Shown here one piece after another: positions 30,554-41,200 of a stretch of DNA of 56,919 nt. The notes below the pieces were generated by a model. That model did no database searches. It was not told the origin of the DNA and worked only from the letters and a program-made list of their open reading frames with translations. The position numbers and the translations under genes are program-made. This DNA comes from Spirochaetaceae bacterium (GTDB taxonomy: Bacteria; Spirochaetota; Spirochaetia; DSM-27196; SLAA01): contig PWQX01000264.1 in assembly GCA_003556605.1 (NCBI GenBank), positions 1-56,919 of the forward strand. Direction: 5' to 3'. Positions within the stretch are counted from its first letter, which is position 1, and each line of letters starts with the position of its first letter.

Positions 30554-30938
30554 ATGCACCTCCTGAAATGATTGTATGAAACGCACCCTGTGCAGCTTAT
30601 AAGTTTACCTGCACATTTCGACAAACGCAACTATAGTATTGCACGGTTGCACGGAATTACCGTTTCTTACTGGGCTGTACATACAACCAACAGTTCGGGG
30701 CGCATCTGTTGGACGGATCAATCTGCGCTCCCGCCTGTCACCGTCACGCTCATTTTGCCGTGGAGTTCGGCACTTTTCTGTTTGCATCCCATGAGAATAC
30801 GCTCAGCAGTCTCCAAGAGTGATACGACCGTAGACTTCTCCTCCTACGCGAACTCAACCCGCGGCCTGCCGCAACGGTGACGGTGACGGACCTTGCCTTC
30901 ACACCGCACCGCGCGCGCCAAGCGCAAGTACCGGCCCC

Positions 30939-31946
30939 CTATGCTTTACCGGCAAAGGACGGAGCGTAGCGCGCCGCCGAGAGAATGGCTTGCTTCATTC
31001 CGGCAGCGTCGGCTTTGCCGGAGCCGGCCACGTCGAACGCGGTACCGTGATCTACCGAGGTGCGCAGTATCGGCATGCCTAGCGTCACCGACACCGTTTT
31101 ATGGAAGTCGTAGGTCTTGGCTGCGATATGTCCCTGATCGTGATACAGCGAGAGCACCGCACCGAAGCGGCCCTGCAATGCCATGTGAAACACAGAATCA
31201 GCGCCAATCGGCCCAACGACCTCATGCCCCCCGGCACGAGCTGCCTCTATAGCGGGCTCGATCTCGGTCGTCTCTTCGTCCCCGAACAGACCGTGTTCGC
31301 CGCAGTGCGGGTTCAGCCCGGCCACCGCTATTGCTTTCGCTTCTTCCGACACTCCCAACTGCCGGAGAGCGGTACTGCAACGGCGGAGATAGTCCAACAC
31401 GCGGTGTTTCTTGACCATGTCAATCGCTTGCCGAAGCGAAACATGACGAGTAAGGAAGAAAATGCGCATGCTCTCGATCTCGAACAGGGTCAGAGGATCG
31501 TCTGTCTCGGTTAGCGCCCCGATGATCTCAGTATGGCCGATGAACGGCACATCCGCGGCCCGCAGCGACTCCTTGTTAATTGGTCCGGTCGCGACTGCGT
31601 GCGCCGCTCCGGCTTGGGCAAGCTCAACCGCCTGCACAATATAGTCATAAGCGGCTTGCCCGCACATCGCCTGTACCTCACCGATGCGAAGCGCAGCCAT
31701 GTCGATCTTCTGCATATCGAGCACGTCGATCGTGCCATGACGAAAAGCAGCCTCGGCCGGATCGGTGATTGCGTTCACCTCAGCGGAGAGGTTCACAAAG
31801 CGCAGCGCTTGATTGACAACCGCCGCATCGCCGATTACCAGCGGTCTACATGCATCATACACCTCTGTAGACTGGAGAGCGCAGGCTACAATCTCCGGGC
31901 CGATTCCCGCCGGATCGCCGATCGTTATAGCTATTACGGGTTTCAT
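30939..31946 (-). CDS. pdxA: PdxA-family dehydrogenase, PdxA2 type (D-threonate/erythronate-4-phosphate dehydrogenase-like)
   Basis: GDPAGIGPE, GHTE, GLNPH.GE.GLFG.EE, YHDQGH, RTSVDHGTAFD; ATG 31946 after AGGAGG; catabolic context. Confidence 0.92.
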   Translation of the reverse strand: MKPVIAITIGDPAGIGPEIVACALQSTEVYDACRPLVIGDAAVVNQALRFVNLSAEVNAITDPAEAAFRHGTIDVLDMQKIDMAALRIGEVQAMCGQAAYDYIVQAVELAQAGAAHAVATGPINKESLRAADVPFIGHTEIIGALTETDDPLTLFEIESMRIFFLTRHVSLRQAIDMVKKHRVLDYLRRCSTALRQLGVSEEAKAIAVAGLNPHCGEHGLFGDEETTEIEPAIEAARAGGHEVVGPIGADSVFHMALQGRFGAVLSLYHDQGHIAAKTYDFHKTVSVTLGMPILRTSVDHGTAFDVAGSGKADAAGMKQAILSAARYAPSFAGKA

Positions 31947-31999
31947 TCTGTCCTCCTTCTTATTTACCGGCTCGTATGTCCAGAGCTTTGCGGGCACGC

Positions 32000-32497
32000 T
32001 CACGCCGCTCCGGCGCGAATCTCATCCATTGCCTGAACAACCAGCCCGGGAAAATGGTTTATTTTGCGCACACCGCGGCGGACTGCTTCGACAATGGCCT
32101 CTTCACTAACGCCCGTAGCCCCGTACGACTCGGCTAACTCCATAACCTCAAGCGTAACTCTGCAATTGTCGTCGAACGGGAGCTTTGAACCGTCGATCAT
32201 AATCGAAGTGAACCCCAGCTCAAGAGCTTTCTTGATGAGATCAAGCTCCTGCGAACCCGCGTGGTCAAGATGAACCGCTACAGGAACGGCCGCACGGTCC
32301 GCGATTGCACGCAATCCTGGGGCCAGCGCATACCCGTCAATCGCCTCCCAATGGCGAGCGGCCATTCCGATGATAACCGGCACGCCCGGTTCTTCAGCCG
32401 ACGCAGCCACAGCCTGCGCCATGCCTAGATCAACGACGTTGAACGACCCTACTGCCCCTTTTGTCTGAGATAATACGCTAGCTAATGAGCTCAGCAT
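32000..32497 (-). pseudogene. Class II (fructose/tagatose-bisphosphate-type) aldolase with a large internal deletion
   Basis: AVGSFNV, VHLDH and GFTSIMIDGS joined directly to TGVSEEAI...GVRKIN; 165 aa; lacks the E.ELG, G..HG and PLVLHG segments. Confidence 0.85.
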
Positions 32498-32510
32498 GTC
32501 CGCACTTCCT

Positions 32511-33675
32511 TTATTCTGCTCTCAATGTGCGCATTCGCCGGTAGATTCCCCCGCTCTCGAGCGTATCGTGCAACTCGCGACGGAGATCCTTATTATCCTG
32601 AAGCGCACGCCGTCCGGCTTCGTCGGGGAAAACGTATTCCTCACTGTGACCGCTGAGACTTTGATAAGCCTGCAGGTGATCAGGATACACACCGAGGTTC
32701 ACCGTTGCGCTAATCATCGCCCCGAAAGCGGAGGCTCCTGGAACAGCGCTTAAACGGACCGGAGTATCGAACGAATCCGCCTGCATTTGATTAAATAATG
32801 CTATCCGTGTCAAACCGCCCGCCACGGCAACTTCACTTATATCACCGCACTGTTCCACGAGCAGGTCGAAGTTCATGCCGAGCTCCCTCGCGATAGACTC
32901 TAATACTGCTCGGGCCATGTCGCTTCGCGTTGTAGAGAGGCCGATATTCGCGATAATTCCCCGTGCATCGGCGTTCCAGAACGGCGCAGCAGCACCGGCA
33001 AAATGAGGTAATACCACTACTCCGTTGGATCCCACCGGTGATTGCGAGGCGATCTCGTTTAACCGCTCCATGTCGGCCTTCTGCACATCGCTTTGGTCTG
33101 CATCGCCCGGACCATCTCCCGCGCCGCGCCCGCTTCCGATCTCTCTCGCAAACCATTGATACACGATCCCGGTAGTGAGTATTCCGGCTCCGGCCATCCA
33201 TTTACCCGGCGCCCCTGCAGCGCTACAGAGTGTCCGCATCTCGGGATGAAATACCGGCCGTTCCACGGGAGTAATCAGAAACGATCCGGTGCCCGTATTC
33301 GCTACTGCAGTCCCGGGGTCAACAATACCCATGCCTACGGCAGACCCATGCCTACGGCAGCCAGCTGCTGATCTCCGCCTGCGAGAACTACAGGGACTCC
33401 GCTGGGGGATCCGGTTTCTCGCCTCAACGCAGCTGTTGTTGCGCCGATCCGTGCACCCGGTTCGACGGCATCGGGCAGTTTGTTTAACGGAACCTCAAGC
33501 TCCCGGAGAATCTCACAATCCCATCTCAGTCCGTTAATGTCAAACAGCAGCGTACGCGATGCCTGAGAATAATCCGTACAATACGAGCCGGTCATGAGGT
33601 ACGCGACGTAATCCTGAACTCCCAGCAGCCGTGAGCATGCGCGCAGCACATCGGGCGCATGCTGCTGCAGCCACA
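32511..33675 (-). pseudogene. FGGY-family sugar kinase remnant: N-terminus deleted, frameshifted by a 17-bp duplication
   Basis: TDYSQASRTLLFDI and GGDQQ in ORF 33335-33988; NTGTGSF, AAAPFWN..ARG, RAVLESIA and AGG..Q.QAD in ORF 32511-33332. Confidence 0.85.
33327..33360. repeat. Exact 17-bp tandem duplication causing the kinase frameshift
   Basis: ACCCATGCCTACGGCAG at 33327-33343 and 33344-33360. Confidence 0.95.
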
Positions 33676-34506
33676 TCGCGCATTCCGGACGATCAAGCAC
33701 TTCCGGATTCACCAGGAAACGCGGGGTTCCGTCACGGAACAACCTTGCGATATCTTCCATCAGCAGGAACGGAGAATTCGTGAGTGCTTCAGTGGTCGTC
33801 CCGGCGATATGCGTTGTCAGAGTAACGTTGTCCAGCTCACGCAGCTTGCTCTCTGCCGGTAACGGCTCGGTGGGAAAAACATCAAGGCCGGCGCCGGCGA
33901 TCTTTCTCTCGGCTAATGCGCGTTCAAGTGCATCTTGGTCAATCAGCCCGGCGCGACCGGTATTAATGAGGTACGCGGTGGGTTTCATTTGACTCAGCTC
34001 AGCTTCACCTGAAATCCGGAGAGCTTTCTAGCCACGAGTTGTCCGATATGCCCGAGCCCGACAATGCCCACAGTTTTCTCCTTGAGCTCAGGGATCCAGC
34101 TTGAGTTTGAGAATTCCTTGCGCCAGTCGCCGTTCTTAATCGACAAGTGGGCGCGAGCGATGTTACGAGCTTCGGCGAGATTGACGTTCTCCAGCCCAGC
34201 CCTGCATACGCCGACCACGCGCAGATCCGGCATCGACTCGAGGACGGTCGCGGAAACTGGAACAAACAGCCCTAACAGCACCTCGGCATCCGCTGCTTCA
34301 GCAACCTCTTGGGGAACCGATTCGATCTCCGGGCCGTTCTTCTCGACTTCCAGCCGGCGGTATTGCAGCTTGTCCCAATCCGGCTCCCATTCCCCAACCA
34401 CGGCTGTCTCTACGAACTCAGACAAACAGCGCTCAAACGCCGGAGCAAATAGCTTACTTGGAATCATTGCGTCACCGAGTATAAGCGCCTTGTGTATTGG
34501 TTTCAT
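33668..34506 (-). pseudogene. D-2-hydroxyacid (phosphoglycerate-DH-like) dehydrogenase remnant with two internal deletions
   Basis: CRAGLENV and GIVGLGHIG in ORF 33994-34506; MKPTAYLINTGRA, GAGLDVF.TEPL and THIAG in ORF 33335-33988. Confidence 0.85.
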
Positions 34507-34735
34507 GTAAGTCTGCTTTCCCTTAATGTTGTTGCTTCCGGCCGCCGGCGCTCAAGATTGTTTGACCCTGTGCCGACCTCCCGCGCTAAGCTCAATCGTA
34601 CATTGAACGCTGACAATGTCCACGATCATGAACTGAATGATGCGCCGGAGCAGTGCGGCGGGCCGATCCGGCTGGATCATAGTAAGAAAATGCGGTATCC
34701 TCAGACGCACCACTAGCAAAGAGACCGGTAATCAA

Positions 34736-36517
34736 ATGGCACCACTTCGAAAAACCCGTATTGTATGCACCTTAGGCCCGACGGTCGGAGACCAGGAGAA
34801 GATCGCCGCCTTGATCCGCGCCGGGATGAACATCGCGCGCTTCAATTTTTCGCACGGGGACCACAGCGAGCATCGTAGCCGGCTTGAGATGGTTCGAGCG
34901 GCCTCGGCGGATGCCGGAACCCCCATCGCTACGATGCTCGACACAAAGGGACCGGAAATTCGTACCGGGATGATTCGCAATGATGAGAAGATCCGACTTA
35001 TTCCGGGCAACGAGATCATTCTCACCACCGATGAGATTGAGGGAACCGCCGAACGGCTCAGCATCAGTTACAAGGAACTGCCGTCGAAGGTTAAGATCGG
35101 TGGTCACATCTTTATCGCCGACGGCTTGATGGACCTAAAAGTCGAAGCGGTTGAGGGCAACGACATCCGCTGCAGGATACTCAGCGGCGGTTCGCTTGGA
35201 AGCCGCAAGAACGTCAACGTGCCGGGAGTGCGCACCTCTTTGCCGGCGATGACTGCCAAAGACCAGGCCGACATACTGTTTGCAATTGAGAACGACATGG
35301 ATTTCATCGCCGCCTCGTTTATTCGCAAACCCGGCGATGTCGAGGCAATGCGCGAGTTCATCGATTCACATGAATCACCGATTCAGCTGCTCTCGAAGAT
35401 TGAGGACCAGGAAGGGCTCGACAATATCGACGAAATCATTCGGGTGTCCGACGGCATCATGGTTGCGCGCGGCGACCTCGGTGTGCAGCTTGAGCTCGAA
35501 GAGATCCCGATGGCGCAAAAGCGTATCATCGAGAAGTGCAACCGCGAGAACAAGCCGGTTATTACCGCAACCCAAATGCTGGACTCAATGATCCACAACC
35601 CCAGCCCTACACGCGCAGAGCTTACCGATGTGGCAAATGCGATTTTCGACGGCACCGACGCAGTGATGCTCTCGGGCGAAACCGCCAACGGCGCATACCC
35701 CATTCGCTCGGCTGAGACTCTCAACCGCATTGCACTGGCGGTGGAGGGCTCCGACGAGTACCGTAAGCGCTGTGCCGAGTACTTTTCGTTCCACAGCCCT
35801 TCGCACGACATCGGTCACAGCGTAGCAAAAGCCGCTTTCGTCGTCGCAGCCGACGTCAACGCTGCGGCGATCGTGACGCCGAGTCTGCGCGGCAACAGCC
35901 CCCGGATCCTCAGTAAGTTCCGGCCCATGCAGAACATCATCGCTGTGACTACCTCTGAGCGCGTGTGCCGGCAATTGCTGATTGTTTGGGGCGTGTGTCC
36001 GATCGTGACAGGCCACGTACGCGACTCGGAGCTCATGATACAGAACGCTCTGCGTATGGCGTTGAAATACGGTTACGTGCAGCGCCTCGACAAGGTCGTC
36101 ACCGCCGCCGGAATACCGGTCAACTCACCCTTGATGATGAACACCATCAAGGTGCATTTCATGGCCAAGATACTGAACCGGGGACACGTTGGCTTCGGCG
36201 CTGCGTGCTCCGGAAGAATTGTGAAACTGACCGGGGCGCAACAGGCGGTAAGCAAGCTCGAGGGCATTGAGACACCGCAAATTCTGCTGGTCCGCGCCCT
36301 CACCCGCGCGTACCTGCCGGTTTTGCGTAATGTCCGCGGGGTGATCTCCGAGAGCCGCGTTGAGCTCCGCGACTCCGAGATTCAAGCGGCTAATCCCGAG
36401 CTCGTGATGATCTCAGAGGTGCCGGAGGCCTATGAGCAGTTTGAAGACGGCTCGTTTGTCAGTCTGAACGGTGAAGAAAAAATTGTGTACGAAGGGTTGC
36501 TACCCGACGGTGCCTAG
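34736..36517 (+). CDS. pyk: Pyruvate kinase with C-terminal degenerate PEP-utiliser swivel domain
   Basis: RKTRIVCTLGP, ARFNFSHG, DTKGPEIR, IMVARGDLG, TATQMLDSM, DAVMLSGETA. Confidence 0.97.
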   Translation: MAPLRKTRIVCTLGPTVGDQEKIAALIRAGMNIARFNFSHGDHSEHRSRLEMVRAASADAGTPIATMLDTKGPEIRTGMIRNDEKIRLIPGNEIILTTDEIEGTAERLSISYKELPSKVKIGGHIFIADGLMDLKVEAVEGNDIRCRILSGGSLGSRKNVNVPGVRTSLPAMTAKDQADILFAIENDMDFIAASFIRKPGDVEAMREFIDSHESPIQLLSKIEDQEGLDNIDEIIRVSDGIMVARGDLGVQLELEEIPMAQKRIIEKCNRENKPVITATQMLDSMIHNPSPTRAELTDVANAIFDGTDAVMLSGETANGAYPIRSAETLNRIALAVEGSDEYRKRCAEYFSFHSPSHDIGHSVAKAAFVVAADVNAAAIVTPSLRGNSPRILSKFRPMQNIIAVTTSERVCRQLLIVWGVCPIVTGHVRDSELMIQNALRMALKYGYVQRLDKVVTAAGIPVNSPLMMNTIKVHFMAKILNRGHVGFGAACSGRIVKLTGAQQAVSKLEGIETPQILLVRALTRAYLPVLRNVRGVISESRVELRDSEIQAANPELVMISEVPEAYEQFEDGSFVSLNGEEKIVYEGLLPDGA

Positions 36518-36567
36518 GCGCGGTATCCCGGGCCTCGAGCTAAACAGAACCAGACGGAGGCGCGGAG

Positions 36568-38133
36568 GTGGACAAGAACACCATCCCTGCGACGGATTAT
36601 AAGCGCAATCTCGAAGAACTCTCGCTGCTGTTCGAAATCAGTCAGCTTCTCGATCAGAGCATGGAAATCAAACAGGTGGTGGTGCCGGTTCTGAAGGCGG
36701 TGACCGACCATCTGAATACCTTGCGAGCGACCCTCACGCTGCTCAATCGTGACACCGGCGAAATCCTGATCGAGGAAGCCTACGGACTGTCAGATACCGA
36801 ACGCGAACGCGGCCGCTATAAGCTCGGCGAAGGCATCACCGGGAAAGTAGTTGAGTCCGGCCAACCACGTGTTATTCCGCGCATATCAGAGGACCCGGCG
36901 TTTCTAAATCGCACCGGAGCGCGACGGAGTCAGAGCTGCAAGGACATCTCGTTCATCTGCGTGCCGGTGAAGATCGGCAACGAGCCTATAGGGGCGCTGA
37001 GTGTAGACCGCATGTCTGCCGGAGAATCCAAACTGCAGGACGATCTTCGGGTGCTCTCGGTCATTTCTTCCTTGATCGCGCAGGCCGTAAAAATACGCCA
37101 AGAAGCGCTTGAGGAGAAGGAGGAGCTGCTGCGCGAGAACACCCGCTTGCAGCAGCAACTGCGCGAGCGCTTTCGGCCGGCAAACATCATGGGCAAGTCT
37201 AAGGCGATGCAGGACGTGTTCGACTTGGTTGCACAGGTTTCGACGAGCGACGCTACCGTACTGGTCCGCGGGGAGAGCGGAACCGGCAAGGAGCTTGTGG
37301 CACAAGCTATCCATTACAACAGCCCGCGCAGCAAGAAGCCCTTCGTGAAAGTCAACTGCTCGGCATTACCCGAGACCGTGATCGAGAGCGAGTTGTTTGG
37401 ACATGAGAAAGGCGCTTTCACCGGTGCAAGCGCAACCCGCAAGGGCCGCTTCGAGATTGCGAACGGCGGAAGCATCTTCCTCGACGAGATCGGCGACTTG
37501 TCGGCAACTACTCAGATAAAACTGCTTCGTGTTCTCCAAGAAAAGGAGTTTGAGCGCGTGGGGGGAAACCAGACCATCCGCAGCAATGTTCGTATTATTG
37601 CCGCCACCAACCGCAACCTCGAAGAGCTCATGGAACAGAATGTCTTCCGCTCTGACTTGTATTACCGCTTGAACGTCTTCCCGATTCACATCCCACCGCT
37701 GCGCGATCGCCGCAGCGACATCCTGCTGCTGGCTGATTACTTCGTGGACAAGTACGCACGCCAGAATCACAAAGCGATCCGCAGGATATCGACTCCGGCT
37801 ATAGACCTCTTGATGGGCTACCATTGGCCGGGCAATGTACGCGAGCTGGAAAACTGTATTGAACGCGCCGTCCTGCTGAGTGTCGATGAGGTCATCCATG
37901 CACATCACCTTCCCCCTACCCTGCAATCGGCTGAGTCAACCAACACGCGGCCGCAAGGCAAGCTGGAGGAAGCGTTGAACGGGGTTGAGCGCGAATTGCT
38001 CATGGATGCGCTGAAGTCTACCAAAGGCAACATGGCGAAGGCCGCCCGCATGCTCGGAATCACCGAACGCCGAATGGGTCTGCGTGTGCAGAAGCACGGG
38101 ATTGACCCGCACACTTTCAAGACGCCGAGCTGA
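36568..38133 (+). CDS. NifA-like sigma54-dependent activator (GAF-AAA+-Fis HTH)
   Basis: GAF ([19 protein letters not shown]), [50 protein letters not shown]. Confidence 0.92.
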   Translation: MDKNTIPATDYKRNLEELSLLFEISQLLDQSMEIKQVVVPVLKAVTDHLNTLRATLTLLNRDTGEILIEEAYGLSDTERERGRYKLGEGITGKVVESGQPRVIPRISEDPAFLNRTGARRSQSCKDISFICVPVKIGNEPIGALSVDRMSAGESKLQDDLRVLSVISSLIAQAVKIRQEALEEKEELLRENTRLQQQLRERFRPANIMGKSKAMQDVFDLVAQVSTSDATVLVRGESGTGKELVAQAIHYNSPRSKKPFVKVNCSALPETVIESELFGHEKGAFTGASATRKGRFEIANGGSIFLDEIGDLSATTQIKLLRVLQEKEFERVGGNQTIRSNVRIIAATNRNLEELMEQNVFRSDLYYRLNVFPIHIPPLRDRRSDILLLADYFVDKYARQNHKAIRRISTPAIDLLMGYHWPGNVRELENCIERAVLLSVDEVIHAHHLPPTLQSAESTNTRPQGKLEEALNGVERELLMDALKSTKGNMAKAARMLGITERRMGLRVQKHGIDPHTFKTPS

Positions 38134-38251
38134 GCGGAAGCGTATTGCAAAGCTCGCTGGGCATTCTGACGCGCTACAACTCGGGCGGGCGGCTTCCCTG
38201 CACCAAGACATTCACGGGCAACTCTGGACAGACGCGTCGGATTCGTCGATC

Positions 38252-41200
38252 ATGAACACTGATATGGAACGCTTTATCGACGTCCCGACGGTCGAGCAAC
38301 TGAGGCCTTACTGCCCGGCGCTCAGCGAGGAGGAACTGGAGGCATTCCTGCGTGCCTTTCCTGAACGGTTCTATACTCGGACGCCGGCAGCGCAGATCGG
38401 GCATTACGCGAGCAGGCTCGCCGAGCTGCGACCGGATAACCCCTACGTCCTCGAGATCCAGGAGCTCGCTGATGAACGGGTCACCGTCACGTTCTACTCA
38501 TACGACTATCCGGGAGAGTTCTCGCTACTCGCCGGGATGCTCGCAGCCTGCGGGTTCAATATCGAGAGCGGTACAATCTCGACCTCCAAACCACCGGAGC
38601 TGGACCGTGAGCCGGGCGCAGCGCGAGTGAAGCACAAGCCGGGCAGCGCGCTCAGGGGCGAAGCCCGTCACGGCTCTCGCCCGCGCGGGCGCATAGACAA
38701 GCGCCTCACCGCCCGGCAGTTTCGGCGTGTCCTCGCCGGCGATTCGCCGCGGCGCACCATCATCGATACCTTCACCGGGCGCATCAACGCCGAACAAGGC
38801 CCTGACTGGTCTCAACACTTCACCGAGTATGTCGACAGCGTGATGCCTCTGCTGACGCAGAATACTCAGGAAGCGTTTGATGAAGCCAAACGTCTGGTCA
38901 ACGAGTACGTGGCTGCAGCGCTCTCGCGCACCGCAATCAGCTCCGAAGCGCTGCTATATCCGGTGGATGTGCAACTCGGCCAAGCCGAAGAAGGCTACAC
39001 GCGGCTCACAGTCATTTCCACTGATACGCCGTTCTTCCTCTACGCCCTCAGCACAGCCTTTGCACTGCACGCGTTGTCAATTGAGCAGGTTGAAATCCGT
39101 ACGCACGGCGAACAGATTGAGGACATCTTTGATCTGCTTGACGCAAACGGACAACCTATTCGCGATGAAGAAATGCTGCAGCAGGTGAAATTCTCGGCAG
39201 TCTTCACGAAACAGTTCACCTATTTCCTTGACCGGGCGCCCGACCCCTACACGGCGTTACTGCGCTTTGAGACTCTGCTGCAGAATGTCCGTCCGATGGC
39301 CGACACTATCAGCGAAACTAAGCTTCTATCCGATCCCAAAGTGCTAAAAGACCTTGCACGGCTGCTAGGTGCAAGCGATTTTCTCTGGGAAGACTTCATT
39401 CGGCTGCAGTATGAAACCCTCGTTCCGGTGCTAACGCGTGCCCGGCAAGACCGTTTGGTCAGCACGCCGCCCGAGGAGCTGGCGCAGCGGCTCCATGAGT
39501 TGCTCGACGACGCCGACTCCCCCGAAGCCGAACGCCGTGTACTCAACGAGTTCAAGGATCAAGAGACCTATCTTATCGACCTAGATCACATCCTGCACCC
39601 CGAGCTGGATTTTTTCTTTCTCAGCTCCCGCCTGACTACTCTCGCCGAGACGGTTGTGAGAACCGCGGTTGAGCTCGCGTCTCGAGAACTGGCGGCCCGC
39701 TACGGCGTTCCCCGAACCGCAGCGGGGCTCCGCGCGCCGTATGCAATTCTGGGCCTCGGAAAGCTCGGCGGGCAGGCCTTGGGCTACGCTTCCGACATAG
39801 AACTGATGTTTGTGTACAGCGACGACGGCGAGACCGACGGCGCCGAGGCGATCACGAATCGCGAGTTTTTCGAGCGTTTGTTTTCCGACGCGGTGAGCAT
39901 GATTGATGCGAAACGCGAAGGCATTTTCCAAGTAGATCTGCGTCTACGCCCACACGGCTCGGCCGGACCGCTCGCGGTGAGCATCGCGAGCTTCATTCGG
40001 TATTACTCCAACGACGCAAGCAGCCTCGAGAAGCTGGCCTTAGTACGTCTGCGGCCGATCGGCGGTGATGACCCGCTCGGCGCCCAGATTGAACGACTGC
40101 GCGATGAGCTCTTGTACGGCGCCGACAGTATTGACCGTGCCGAGCTCAAGCGGTTGCGCGCAATCCAACTGAAAGACAAAGGCGCGGCCAACCGCCCCAA
40201 CGCCAAGTTCAGCCCCGGCGGCTTAGTGGATCTGGAGTACTCGGTGCAGATCCTCCAGATTGTCCACGGGCGCAGCAATGTTGCGCTTCGAACGCCGGGC
40301 ATTCACCAGGCGCTCCGCGGGCTTGCGGACTCGGGTGCAATAGAGCCGGAAGAAGCGCAGCAGCTCGTTCAGGCCTACCGATTTCTGCGGACCGCGATCA
40401 ACGGCCTTCGAATGCTGCGCGGTAACGCGCAAGACCTGTTCTTACCCGCTCTTGACTCCATGGAATACATCCACCTCGCACGCCGCGCCGGTTATCAAGG
40501 CAAAGGCGAGCTCACGCCGGCAGCACAGTTGCACCTGGAGTTCGAGACAACCACGGCGCTGGTCCGTGCTTTCGTAGAGCGTGAGCTCGGCCGCGACGCG
40601 ATTCCGCACGACGGCGTTGCCGGCCTCGCCGACCTGGTCCTTGCCGACAGCAATCACGCCGCCACCCGGCTCGATGTGCTTGAGCGCCTCAGCTTTCGCA
40701 ACCCCGAGCGCGCGCTCGGCAATCTGCGGCGTCTCGCCGGCGCACGCGACCAGGCGTACCTGTTCGCCGAGCTTGCGGTGCTTGCGGCCGACTTGCTCCC
40801 GCGCACCCCCGACCCGGATATGGCGCTGAACAATTGGGAGCAGTTCGTCCGGCAGTTGGACGATCGCGAAGCGCACTACCGCGGATTGCTGCTGCAGCCC
40901 AAGCGCTTTGAAATCATGCTCCTGATTTTTGCCGGCAGCCAGTTTCTTGCCGACACCTTGAGCACGAATCCGCAGTTCTTGGAGTGGGTCACCACACCGA
41001 AGATCGTATCAAGCGTGCGGCGGCGCGAGCACCTGGCCGAGGAGCTCCGCCGGTTACGCGGAGCCCAACCCGAGCGTGACGCATGGCTCGCGGAGCTGCG
41101 CGATTTCCGGAAACGCGAGATCCTCCGGATCGGTACCCGTGACATCTGTCTGCGCGTCGACCAAACCGAGATCTTCACTGAGCTCACTAACCTTGCGGTG

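Noticed and set aside
33990-34010. Programmed frameshift or readthrough joining the two dehydrogenase ORFs
   Set aside because: Even if joined, essential NAD-binding segments are missing; deletion explains it better
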